In this document: one piece after another, positions 20,478-30,248 of the stretch
Numbering within the stretch: the stretch's first letter is position 1
Layout of the letters: every line of letters starts with the position of its first letter
Origin: Abditibacteriaceae bacterium
Lineage (GTDB): Bacteria; Armatimonadota; Abditibacteriia; Abditibacteriales; Abditibacteriaceae
Assembly (NCBI GenBank): GCA_965277285.1
Contig: OZ255721.1
Location: 2,400,001-2,464,000, forward strand
Length of the DNA stretch: 64,000 nucleotides
Direction of reading: 5' to 3'
Made by a program: the position numbers and the translations under genes
The notes under the pieces: generated by a model
Told to the model about the DNA's origin: nothing
The model's database searches: none
Seen by the model: only the letters and a program-made list of their open reading frames with translations

Positions 20478-20518
20478 GCGGCCCATCGAGTATTCAATTC
20501 GAGTACTCGATGGGCCGC
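20478..20518. repeat. Hairpin containing two palindrome copies; possible terminator or stabiliser
   Basis: GCGGCCCATCGAGTA-ttcaattcgag-TACTCGATGGGCCGC just downstream of the GH127-like gene. Confidence 0.7.
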
Positions 20519-20534
20519 AGAACAATCGTTGAAG

Positions 20535-23273
20535 TTACACGGCCTGCACCACGATCTGCGAAAACGCAGCGTTTGTTTTCCCGGGATCGCCACTGTATTG
20601 GCGCACGCCGATGGCGCCTTCAGCAAAGGTCGCGTCCTGAACATCAATGATTGGCGTCACGGCGTCATCAATCCAGACGCGCAATTGTGCGCCGCGCGCT
20701 TCGACACGAACACGGTACACCTGATTCGCCTTAATTTCACGCTTGACGTGCATCAACGAAGTCCATTGTCCACTGGATCGTCCCAGTTCAACGATGCCAT
20801 CGGCGGCGCTCAATCCCACATAATAACCGTTATAAGCGTCGGCTCCCAGCGAAGGTTTGCTGACGCGAAACATTAGTCCGGCATTTCCTACAGCGCCCAC
20901 CGAAACACGCGCATTGTAAGTAAAATCGGCGAAGCGCGTCTTCGTCGCAACAGCTTTGATGCCTTGCAAACCAGCACTCGAGGAGGGACGCAACTCGCCA
21001 TCGCGCGCAAACCAGCCGCCGCCATAAACAACCCAGTCATCGAGATGACCATCGGATAAATGATCGCGGAACTCGCGGTCGCGCGGGCGCACCTTTGCAC
21101 CAATCGCTGGGAAATTGGTGATGCGCAACATTTGCGAGCCAAACGGCACCAGCGTGATAATTTCCGCTGCTGTCGCCGCAACAACCGGACTGACCGGCGG
21201 ATCGAAGGCGACTTTGCCGCTCCACGCCATCGTCCAATCGGGAATCTTTTTCGCCTGCACCTGCAATTTAACGGGAGAATTTTCGAAAGGATTGCCCGAC
21301 GGCGCCGTCTGCTGCACCTTGAACGCCGCACCCGGATTGCGCTCATCGAACATCAAGCCGTAATTCCAAGCGGATTGTGGCCTGATCTCGAAAGACTCGA
21401 AGCCGACCTTTTTACCGTTGTCCCAGGCGTCCCATTTTTCCTTGATCGGCAACGAGTACACGAGCGGCCCGCGACGCACCGAAACCGAATCGTTGACGCC
21501 GCGCAGCACGCGAACCGTCATCGGAAAGCGCACCACGACCTGATCGCCAGGCTTCCATTCGCGGTTAATCACCGCGAAAGTTCCCGGCGTAATGCCACTT
21601 TGCAACTTTCCATTGACGGAAACCGAAGGCTTGTCGCACCAGGCGGGAATGCGCAACGAGAGCGGGAAGGAAACTTTCTGCGGCGCATCGAATTTCAAGC
21701 GAATCGTGTCTTCAAACGGGTAACTGGTTTCGGCCACAAAGGAAACGCGCGTGCCCTGATTGCCGACGGGAGCCGTGACCTGTGAGGGCACATACGCCAT
21801 GATCGCCAGGCCTTTGTCGCGCGTCGCCGCCCAGCTATTTTGCGCAAGTTTCGGCCAGCCCATGTGGAAATTGTAGCAGCAGCATGGATAACCCGAACGC
21901 GGCGCAGGCGTGCGAGCATCATCATAATCCTGGTTGTAGCCGACGCCGCCGCGAATCGCCATGACGTTGTTGGGCAAAGTGAAATAAACGTGTTGGCGGA
22001 TGCTTCGCGTGGTCGCCGCAGGCAAGCCGTTGAATGCGACCATTTCCAGGTTATCGCCGATGGTGGCATCGCCCAAAATGCATAGCGCGGTTTCATCGGA
22101 CAACATGCGTTCGACTATCGAGCACAACTCGGCGCCCTCAGTCGAACTGACACCAGCCAAAAACTCGGTTCCCGAAGACATCCCGAACGCCAAACCATGA
22201 TCGCGGTTCAGGTTGGCCACGCCCGCCTGAAAAGCCTGTCGGTCGGCGGAATCGTGGGAACGCTGCCAATAGACTGGCGGCATCTTGAGCGCTTGCGGCA
22301 CGTTCACGTTGTGCTTGGGCTGATAATCGTCACCATATTCCAAGAAGGTGTCTTTGGTGAAGATTTCGCGCCACGGATACGCCTGCTCGTGCAACATATC
22401 GGCAAGCGGCAGCAACCAGGCATCGCCAGTGCGGTTGTAAAGCCAGAAAATGGTGTCGATTTCGTCACCGGCGCGCGAACGTGCCCAATCGCGCAGCGGA
22501 CGCGCCGCCAGATGATCCGCCATGTAACGATAATAACGCGTCATAAATGGCACCACGCGCGGGTCGTTAGTGGCTTCAGCGTAATCGCGCAACACGTAAT
22601 TCGCCACAATGCGCGGCCACCAATCGTCGTTTTGCTTGGGGCCGAAAAAACCGTCCGCGCGCTGGCTGCCCAGCATCCAATCGATCCATTTTTGCGCTTT
22701 GGCTTTCAAAGCCGGATCGTCCAACGTGTAGGCCAAAGGCACCAAACCCTTGACGTAATATGGCCCTTTTTCCCAGTTCTCGCCCGTTCCGCCCAACCAT
22801 CCGCTATTTGGCCCGACATCGGGCAACACTTCTTCGGCGTGTCCCGTCAGCCCGTCGCGCTGCAATTGCAATTGTGTCAAAAGCCAGCCGCGCGCCCGAA
22901 TGCTACCCAACGGCAAAGCATGAAACGGCACGTCTTCCAGCGCCAGTGGTACCAATCGAGTACTCGATGTCGCGTTCGCCGCTGCGCCAGACGCTGTTGT
23001 CCCAGCCGCTGATGCTCCAGTTGTTGATGATGTTGCAGCAGACGCGTTCGCACCCGCATCGCCACGCCAGGGAACACAACTCGCCATCCAGAAAGCGCCG
23101 ACCATGCCCGCTGCACTGCGCGCCACAAATTGACGGCGCGATAATGAGGATGCGTCAGCGGAAGGCGCGTCAGCGGAAGGCGCGTCAGCGGAAGGCGCGT
23201 CAGCGGAAGGCGCGTCAGCGGAAGGTATATTCAAGGGGGATTCTGGCTTGTTCTCAGACGGTTTCTTTGACAT
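20535..23273 (-). CDS. Tat-exported GH127/GH146-like beta-L-arabinofuranosidase-family protein with C-terminal DUF1080-like domain
   Basis: SRRQF twin-arginine motif; ELCSIVE, YPCC..NFHMGWPK, ETSYPF, LRIPAWC, RGPLVY; RBS before ATG at 23273. Confidence 0.82.
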   Translation of the reverse strand: MSKKPSENKPESPLNIPSADAPSADAPSADAPSADAPSADASSLSRRQFVARSAAGMVGAFWMASCVPWRGDAGANASAATSSTTGASAAGTTASGAAANATSSTRLVPLALEDVPFHALPLGSIRARGWLLTQLQLQRDGLTGHAEEVLPDVGPNSGWLGGTGENWEKGPYYVKGLVPLAYTLDDPALKAKAQKWIDWMLGSQRADGFFGPKQNDDWWPRIVANYVLRDYAEATNDPRVVPFMTRYYRYMADHLAARPLRDWARSRAGDEIDTIFWLYNRTGDAWLLPLADMLHEQAYPWREIFTKDTFLEYGDDYQPKHNVNVPQALKMPPVYWQRSHDSADRQAFQAGVANLNRDHGLAFGMSSGTEFLAGVSSTEGAELCSIVERMLSDETALCILGDATIGDNLEMVAFNGLPAATTRSIRQHVYFTLPNNVMAIRGGVGYNQDYDDARTPAPRSGYPCCCYNFHMGWPKLAQNSWAATRDKGLAIMAYVPSQVTAPVGNQGTRVSFVAETSYPFEDTIRLKFDAPQKVSFPLSLRIPAWCDKPSVSVNGKLQSGITPGTFAVINREWKPGDQVVVRFPMTVRVLRGVNDSVSVRRGPLVYSLPIKEKWDAWDNGKKVGFESFEIRPQSAWNYGLMFDERNPGAAFKVQQTAPSGNPFENSPVKLQVQAKKIPDWTMAWSGKVAFDPPVSPVVAATAAEIITLVPFGSQMLRITNFPAIGAKVRPRDREFRDHLSDGHLDDWVVYGGGWFARDGELRPSSSAGLQGIKAVATKTRFADFTYNARVSVGAVGNAGLMFRVSKPSLGADAYNGYYVGLSAADGIVELGRSSGQWTSLMHVKREIKANQVYRVRVEARGAQLRVWIDDAVTPIIDVQDATFAEGAIGVRQYSGDPGKTNAAFSQIVVQAV
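23152..23225. repeat. 15-bp tandem repeat, 5 units (GCGTCAGCGGAAGGC), encoding PSADA x5
   Basis: Directly visible tandem array in the N-terminus of the GH127-like gene. Confidence 0.95.
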
Positions 23274-23687
23274 CGGGCCACCTTCCGTAAAAGGAAATTC
23301 TTTCAACTGTGCAAGTTGGATAACAGACAATGCGGACAAACCAGCACATCGCCAGAGAACTGTATTGACCTTCAACAGAAAGACGATTCACATTGCGAAA
23401 TCGTCGGTATCTTCTGCGTTTTTCAAGGCAGGAAGCACAGCAAGAACGAAGTGCGGCCACGCGAATTTTTAAGGTTTACAGAATGTTGGTTGACTGCGCG
23501 CAGGGGGTTTTAATGCAAACAAGTATAACTTTGCCCTCATGCTGCCGCTATAAACAGGTAGTGATAAAGCATATGCAACAGCACTATCCATTATTCAGGT
23601 CATCGGACGAAAAACAAACATTTGCAAAGGCGATTTTTGAAGGGCGCGGTTACGCGTTGCAGCGGTAACGCCTTTCAAAAGAGCGGT

Positions 23688-24005
23688 TCAGAACATTGGT
23701 TCGTCGCGTTGCAAAGTGCTTTGGCTGATACGCGCGCGAATTTCGTCTTCGTCGCGTTCTTCCTTGAGGACTTGATAAAACTCGTGGCGCGCGGTTTTGC
23801 TGATAACGGGCGGCGGAACTTCCAATACTTCGACTTCGACTGTTTTGAAGCCGTAATTGATGCGCAAAACGTCGTGACGCCGAATTTCGTCGCCAGCGTG
23901 CGCCGTTTTGCCGTTACGACCGATTTTATCGGCATCGCACATCGCTTTGGCGACCGGACGCCGCTTGACTAAACCGGTTTGCTTGAGAAAAAAATCGAGA
24001 CGCAT
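23688..24005 (-). CDS. S4 RNA-binding domain protein (YabO/RqcP/Hsp15-like)
   Basis: MRLDFFLKQTGLVKRRPVAKAMCD...NGK. Confidence 0.85.
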   Translation of the reverse strand: MRLDFFLKQTGLVKRRPVAKAMCDADKIGRNGKTAHAGDEIRRHDVLRINYGFKTVEVEVLEVPPPVISKTARHEFYQVLKEERDEDEIRARISQSTLQRDEPMF

Positions 24006-24167
24006 AGCGTTAGTTTATCGTTAGGTGGCTTGGACGTGTGAAAGAGCAGAACACGTCACAACGTTCAACTTTTGCACTCGCCGCATAGCGCAGAAGCACG
24101 TTTTATGAAATAATCAAGGCATCTTTTCCACGCTTTTCCGCCTCTTTTGACCACTTCTCCTACCATA

Positions 24168-25634
24168 ATGAGTACTCGAATTCGGGCGCGCCTTTTGATG
24201 TGCCTTTCGCTGTCTGTTGCGGGCGCGATTATCGTTCCCGCGCGCGCTTTTGTCCCAGCGCCTTTGTTTCCCATGTCGCAGATTTCGCTGCGCGTTTTAC
24301 CCAATGGCGTCCGTTCGATTGTCAAAGAAGCGCACGGTTCGGGCATTGTCGCCGTGCAGGTCTGGGTGCGCGCCGGAAGTCGTCACGAGTTTTCCGATCA
24401 GGGCGGCGCGGCGCACTTGATGGGCGTCGCGTGCTTGAACGCTTCGGGCCAATATTCGCTGGAAAGCGGTGGCGCGACCAACGCGATTCGCGGTTTGGGC
24501 GGCACGGCGTTTTCGCAGACAACGCGCGATTCGACGAACTTTGGCGCAACGGCTGCGCAACCTTACGCGGAAAACGCCATTCGCATTTTAGCCGACGCCG
24601 TGCTGCATCCCGACTTGTCGGACGCAGCGCTGGCAGCGGCCAAAAACATCGCGCGCAATGACATTCAAGCGCGCGACAGCGACGCACTGACCGTGGCTTC
24701 CGATTTATCTTACCAATCGGCTTTCAAATCGCATCCTTATCGTCGTTCGCCATTGGGACAAAGCGCCGACATCGACACCATCGACGCGTCGAAGCTGCGC
24801 GCCTTCGATCTCGAACGCTATACGGGCGCCAACATCAGTGTCGTTGTGGTCGGTGATATTTCCGTCGAACGCGCGCAAACTTTGGTCGCGCGCTACTTTG
24901 CGGAAGCGCCGCGCGCCCGAACCGATGCGCGCACGCAGTTCGGCACGCCCGAAAATGGGCCATTTGTCGGACGCACGATTCGCCGCACAGGAAACGTAAC
25001 GCGTCCCGCCATTGCGCTTTCGTTTCGCGCGCCAGGCATTGATGCGCCAAGCGATGTCGTAACGATGGACGTTCTGCTTTCGCACTGGAACGAAGGCAGC
25101 GACGCCGTTTTGCGCCGCGCTTTATTGGGTGATACGGAATTGGGTAATGCGGACGCTTCGAGCGATACTTCGAGTACTGGAAATGCGGATGCGACAGCGC
25201 CGCCGCCCGCTCTGGCTCTCGACATCTCGTTTTTGACCCAGCGCGATCCGAGTTTGGTCACGTTTACGCTGGTTACAGAACCAACGCAGGCGGCGCGTGC
25301 CGTGCGCACGATTTACGAACAAATCGCGCGCGTGCAAACGAGCAGCATCACGCCGCTGCAACTGGAACGTGCCAAGCGCGCACTGCGCCGCCAATATGTC
25401 GCGCAAGACGAAACCGCTGCTGGTCAGGCAGGCGCACTGGGATTTTACGATATGATCGGTTCTTACGACTTTGGAGCGACTTACCTTGACCGCATCAATC
25501 GCGTGACGCTGGCCGACATCAAGCGCGTGGCGACCAAATATTTTGTATTGTCTTCGCCGCTGGCGATTTTGATTCAGCCCGAACCCAAGCCTCAAGCGCC
25601 ACAAAATCCCGACGACAACGGAGTGAACGCCTGA
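24168..25634 (+). CDS. Exported M16 (insulinase/pitrilysin) family protein lacking HxxEH
   Basis: LPNGV...VQVWVRAGSRHE, GAAHLMGV at the HxxEH position, HPYRRSPLG, VVVGD. Confidence 0.85.
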   Translation: MSTRIRARLLMCLSLSVAGAIIVPARAFVPAPLFPMSQISLRVLPNGVRSIVKEAHGSGIVAVQVWVRAGSRHEFSDQGGAAHLMGVACLNASGQYSLESGGATNAIRGLGGTAFSQTTRDSTNFGATAAQPYAENAIRILADAVLHPDLSDAALAAAKNIARNDIQARDSDALTVASDLSYQSAFKSHPYRRSPLGQSADIDTIDASKLRAFDLERYTGANISVVVVGDISVERAQTLVARYFAEAPRARTDARTQFGTPENGPFVGRTIRRTGNVTRPAIALSFRAPGIDAPSDVVTMDVLLSHWNEGSDAVLRRALLGDTELGNADASSDTSSTGNADATAPPPALALDISFLTQRDPSLVTFTLVTEPTQAARAVRTIYEQIARVQTSSITPLQLERAKRALRRQYVAQDETAAGQAGALGFYDMIGSYDFGATYLDRINRVTLADIKRVATKYFVLSSPLAILIQPEPKPQAPQNPDDNGVNA

Positions 25635-27238
25635 TGAAATTCCCTCCAAAAACTGCGCCTTTTTACTTCGTCGCGTGCAGCTTTCTCGCGCTCACCGTTC
25701 CAACTCTGGCTGACGTTCCAAGTTCGCCAAATGCAAGCTCTTCTACGGCAACATCGAGTACTGGAATTTCAAGTACGACTTCATCCGTCGCAACGTCTTC
25801 CGCACCAATTTCTGGCGCGCCTGCTGCCAATGCAACTGCGAATGCCGCAACGATGGATGCTTCGTCCGCGCCCTTGACTTTTGCGACCGCGCCCGCTTTG
25901 ACCAACGCCGGATTAATCAAGCGCAGCGTTTTGAGCAACGGCCTGACTTTGGTAATGCAAACCGACCGCACCAGCCCGCGCGTCTCGATTTCGCTTTTAG
26001 TTCGCGCCAGTGCCGCCGATGAAACGCCGCAAACCGCGGGATGGCGACGTTTGCTGGCCGAAGCGACTGTGCGCGCGACGCAACAAAACGGCGCGACGCA
26101 ATCGTTCGCGGCGATCAATCGCCAGGCGGCAGAGTTGGGCGGACAATTGGGCGCCAGTGTCAGCGACGACGCGATTGAGTTTTCCGTGACGGGCGAAAGC
26201 CAGAACGCCAACGCCCTGCTCGATTTGTTGCTTCGCATCTTGCGCTCGCCACGTTTATCAGAAGACGATGTTCAAGCCGCACGACAAATTTTGACGGCAC
26301 GCCGCGACGCAACTTCCGATGATGTGACGACTATCGCAACCAATGCTCTGGGCGCGCAACTTTTCCGCGACAGCGCCGGTCAACCTCTCGCTTATGGTTT
26401 GCCGACGTTAGGCACGACAAGCTCACTAAACAGCTTGAACGCGGCGCAACTGCGCACTTTGCGAAGCCGGTTTTTTCAAACCGATCACATCATGGTGGGC
26501 GCGGCGGGCGATCTGGACGAAGTGAACTTGCGCGCGCATCTGGAAGCGTTGAGTTTGCCCGGTGGATTGCCCACGGGCACGGCGGAAACACCGCCAGCTT
26601 TCGCCGAGCGCGCGCCCTCGAAACCCATTGTCATTCCTCAGGTTTCTATCGTTCCTGGCGACTGGGTTTTCGTGTCTTATCGTTTGGGTCGCGCGGATGA
26701 CGCCGATGCGCCCTCACTGGCGGTTTTAGTGGCCGCGCTGGGAGCGTCACCTAATGCGACTTTGTCGAAACGATTGTTGCTGACAACTTCGAGTACTCGA
26801 ATCGACAAAACTTCGCCAAATGCGACACCGCCAAATGCCATATCAAGTGCGACGCAGCCGTTGGCGCAACAAGCATCTGCGGCTCTCACGCCGCGTCGTT
26901 TTGGCGGCGACCTGACGATTTTCGCGCTGACCGGCGGTGGCACGGCGGAACAATTGCGCCAGACGATTGTGGACGAAGCCAAACGTTTGCGCGATGCGCC
27001 ACTTGGCGAAAACGAATTAAACGCTGCGCGCCGTTATGCGATTGGCGATTGGATGACCAGCGGCGAAGCGTTGCACGATCGCGCTTTTCGCCTGGCGTCG
27101 GACGAATCGCTGGGCGTCGCACAGCCAAACGTGACGTGGCCAGTGCGCTTGCAAAATGTGACAGCGGACAACGTGCAGCGCGTCGCAGCGCAATATCTCA
27201 TGAACGAAACTACGATTATCATCCATGCCACAAGTTAA
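25634..27238 (+). CDS. Exported M16 family non-catalytic subunit
   Basis: LSNGLTL, GAAGD, VTADNVQRVAAQYL; start overlaps the upstream stop (TGATG). Confidence 0.8.
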   Translation: MKFPPKTAPFYFVACSFLALTVPTLADVPSSPNASSSTATSSTGISSTTSSVATSSAPISGAPAANATANAATMDASSAPLTFATAPALTNAGLIKRSVLSNGLTLVMQTDRTSPRVSISLLVRASAADETPQTAGWRRLLAEATVRATQQNGATQSFAAINRQAAELGGQLGASVSDDAIEFSVTGESQNANALLDLLLRILRSPRLSEDDVQAARQILTARRDATSDDVTTIATNALGAQLFRDSAGQPLAYGLPTLGTTSSLNSLNAAQLRTLRSRFFQTDHIMVGAAGDLDEVNLRAHLEALSLPGGLPTGTAETPPAFAERAPSKPIVIPQVSIVPGDWVFVSYRLGRADDADAPSLAVLVAALGASPNATLSKRLLLTTSSTRIDKTSPNATPPNAISSATQPLAQQASAALTPRRFGGDLTIFALTGGGTAEQLRQTIVDEAKRLRDAPLGENELNAARRYAIGDWMTSGEALHDRAFRLASDESLGVAQPNVTWPVRLQNVTADNVQRVAAQYLMNETTIIIHATS

Positions 27239-27392
27239 AGGCGTGTATTCGTCATATCAAGTACTCGAAAGTTACGCTGGTGTCTTCTCGTAAACCGAGA
27301 AGACAAAAACGTGTCATTGCGAGAACGACGCGATGAAAGTTCCTTCCATCTTTGCTTTTTCAGCGAGAAAGAGCCGCATTTGAGAACGAAAA

Positions 27393-28226
27393 ATGATTGA
27401 AAGCGTGAAAGAAATCTGGCAGTTTCGCCCGCTGATTTTGGAGTTGGTGCGGCGCGATTTGAAATTGCGTTATAAAAACTCGGTCGGTGGCATTTTGTGG
27501 AGCTTGCTCAACCCGCTGATGCAGATTTTCTCGATCACGATTTTGTTGCGTTTCATCGCCGCGCGCCCGATTCCCAACGTTTCGGCTTATCTGTTCATCT
27601 TGTTCGCATGGAACTTTTTTGCGACGTGCATTCAAGATTCCTGTACTTCGATTTTGGGCAATGCCAGCCTGGTGCGCAAGATTTATTTCCCGCGCGCCAT
27701 TTTGCTGCTCACGACGCTCATCGCCAGTTTGTTCCATTTCGGCATTTCGTTTACTTTTACCCTGCTCTATTTCTTCGCGCTGCGCACTTATCCGGCGCAA
27801 CTTAGTTGGTCTATTTTTCTGGTTTTTCCTATTCTGTTTTTCTTGTCGTGCCTGGCGTTGGGAATCGGCTTTATCGTGGCCTATCTCAATGTGTTTTATG
27901 AAGATGTGCGCTTCATCGTTGGCGTGATTTTGCAATTGTTGTTTTATCTGGTGCCGGTTTTTTACACGATTGAACAAGTGCAAAGCCGCGGCGCGGATGT
28001 GTTTCACCTTTACCTATTGAACCCTTTGGCGACTTTTCTGGTGACGTATCAGCGCGCTTTGCTGGGGCCGCCAATTGTTTATGCGGCGGATGGGAAAACA
28101 CGATTGCCAAGCGTTGGCATTCCCTGGGAACATTTTGCGATAGCTTGCCTGGTCAGCGTTTTTGTTTTGCTCGGCGGCTTCGCCTTGTTCGAGCGCAACA
28201 AATGGGACATGGCCGAGCGTTTGTGA
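27393..28226 (+). CDS. Polysaccharide ABC exporter permease (Wzm-like)
   Basis: RDLKLRYKNSVGGILWSLLNPL, LVRKIYFPR, LNPL. Confidence 0.9.
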   Translation: MIESVKEIWQFRPLILELVRRDLKLRYKNSVGGILWSLLNPLMQIFSITILLRFIAARPIPNVSAYLFILFAWNFFATCIQDSCTSILGNASLVRKIYFPRAILLLTTLIASLFHFGISFTFTLLYFFALRTYPAQLSWSIFLVFPILFFLSCLALGIGFIVAYLNVFYEDVRFIVGVILQLLFYLVPVFYTIEQVQSRGADVFHLYLLNPLATFLVTYQRALLGPPIVYAADGKTRLPSVGIPWEHFAIACLVSVFVLLGGFALFERNKWDMAERL

Positions 28227-28236
28227 GTTTTGAAAA

Positions 28237-28974
28237 ATGAGCAACGAGTACTCGATAGAAGTCGAAAACATGACGAAGACGTTTCGCGTGGTTCACCGCG
28301 AAGCGTCGCTCAAGTCGGCGGCTCTGAGTCGTTTGCGCTTGAGGCGTCCGCGCGTCGAGGAGTTCGTCGCGCTGCAAGACATTTCGTTTCAAATTCCCAA
28401 AGGTCAAACGGTCGGCGTCATCGGGCGCAACGGCAGTGGAAAAAGCACGCTTCTCACTTTGATGTCGCGCATTTATCGTCCCAACAAAGGGCGCATCACG
28501 GTTCGCGGGCGCATTGCCACACTTTTGGAACTCGGAGCCGGTTTCAATTCCGAGTTCACCGGCATTGAAAACATTTTCCTGAACGGCGTTATTATGGGTA
28601 TCAAGCGCGAGAAAATCGAAGCGCGCCTGCCCGACATCGTGGAGTTCGCCGGCTTGAACGAGTTTATTGACACCAAAGTCAAATTTTATTCTTCGGGCAT
28701 GATCACGCGCCTGGGATTTTCGGTCGCCGTGCATTCGGAGCCGGATGTTTTGCTGGTGGACGAAGTTTTGGCGGTAGGCGACGCCGAGTTTCAGGAAAAG
28801 TGTTACGACAAGATCGAAGAGTTTAAAGCCAAGGGCGTGACGATTTTCTTTGTCTCGCACGATGTGCGCGCCATGCGCCGCGTCGCCGACCGCATTTTGT
28901 GGATTCATGATCACAAGCTGCGCGAAGATGGCGCGCCCCTGCCAATTTTAGAACGCTACGAAAGCGGACATTGA
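28237..28974 (+). CDS. Polysaccharide ABC exporter ATPase (Wzt-like, no C-terminal binding domain)
   Basis: GRNGSGKST, YSSGM..RLGF, DEVLAVGDAEFQEKC. Confidence 0.92.
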   Translation: MSNEYSIEVENMTKTFRVVHREASLKSAALSRLRLRRPRVEEFVALQDISFQIPKGQTVGVIGRNGSGKSTLLTLMSRIYRPNKGRITVRGRIATLLELGAGFNSEFTGIENIFLNGVIMGIKREKIEARLPDIVEFAGLNEFIDTKVKFYSSGMITRLGFSVAVHSEPDVLLVDEVLAVGDAEFQEKCYDKIEEFKAKGVTIFFVSHDVRAMRRVADRILWIHDHKLREDGAPLPILERYESGH

Positions 28975-29057
28975 GCCAGACAGCAGACATTGAACCGGAC
29001 AGCGCAACGGAACACGAAGCCGCAAGGAACAAGAAGCCGTAAGGAAAACATTGTGCC

Positions 29058-30134
29058 ATGAACATTCTTCGTACCGAAGCAGTTGCGGATGAAGCATGGA
29101 ACGATTTGGTCGCTGCCTCAGACGACGCCTGGCTTTACCATTCCAAAGCCTGGCTCGACATGACAGCGCGCGTTTATAATTTGGAAAACGTTTTCTTCTC
29201 TGTGACGCATAACGGTGCTTTGGTTGGTGCCTTCGCCGCACAATTACAAAAAGGTCGCTTATACGGACGTGAACACAACGTGGCGCACGCGAATATTATG
29301 GGGCCTGCCGGGCCGTTGTTCCATCGAGTACTCGAACCTAAAGTGCGTCAGCGCGCCGCGCTCGAACTGACTCAAGCGATCCGCGAATGGTTGCTCGAAT
29401 CACACATCCTTCATATTTCTTGCTCGCTGCCGCCGCTGGCGCCCTTCAATTTAGGAAACGTGCGCGGAGTGAACCCGCTTTCTCTGGCGGGCTGGAAAGA
29501 CGTTTCCACTCATACGCGCATCATTGATTTGTCCGCTACCGAAGACGTGCTATGGGCAAACCTTTCCAGGAATGCGCATCGAAAAATTCGTGCTGCGGAA
29601 AAGGTGAATTATCGCATTCAAGTCGAGCCATGGCAGGAAGCCCTTGAGGAATATTATGATGTCCACGTTCAAAATTACACGCGGACTGGAGTTCCACCCC
29701 ATCGTCGCTCTTATTTTGAAGGCATTGCGCACGACATCGCACCAGACGGCGCTGCGGTTTTGTGGGTCGCACGCGATGCGCGAGGCCAGGCGGTGGCTTT
29801 CCACAACGACGCGCGCTTTGGCTCGGGTTCTCTTTCGTGGACGGCTTGTTCGCGTAATAAACACTTGGAAGGAGGTATCAATTACTTGCTCTTCTGGGAA
29901 TCCCTCAAGGGCGCTCGCCGCGATGGTTGTCGTTGGTACGATGCGAATGAACTCTTCCTTGACGCCGAAGATGGCAAGCTCCGCGATTTGACGACCTTCA
30001 AGTCCAAGTTTGGTGGCGAAACCTACCGGTTTTATCGAGGTACATTGGCTGGCGTTCCTTTTGTCAAATCTTCGCTGCCGCGTCGCACAGCCGCCAAAAT
30101 CTATCGCGGCCTGAAAAGTTTGCGCCAGCGATAG
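29058..30134 (+). CDS. GNAT/FemAB-like protein
   Basis: WNDLV...YHSKAW N-terminus, NAHRKIRAAEK, FKSKFG C-terminus. Confidence 0.75.
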   Translation: MNILRTEAVADEAWNDLVAASDDAWLYHSKAWLDMTARVYNLENVFFSVTHNGALVGAFAAQLQKGRLYGREHNVAHANIMGPAGPLFHRVLEPKVRQRAALELTQAIREWLLESHILHISCSLPPLAPFNLGNVRGVNPLSLAGWKDVSTHTRIIDLSATEDVLWANLSRNAHRKIRAAEKVNYRIQVEPWQEALEEYYDVHVQNYTRTGVPPHRRSYFEGIAHDIAPDGAAVLWVARDARGQAVAFHNDARFGSGSLSWTACSRNKHLEGGINYLLFWESLKGARRDGCRWYDANELFLDAEDGKLRDLTTFKSKFGGETYRFYRGTLAGVPFVKSSLPRRTAAKIYRGLKSLRQR

Positions 30135-30248
30135 TGGATTATGAAAGCGCATATCGAGTACTCGATGCGGAGAAAGATGAACACGTTGCCCAGATAACGC
30201 GTTGCCTGGATAAGCAGATGAGAAACGAGTGCCAGTAGAGAGGCGGCT

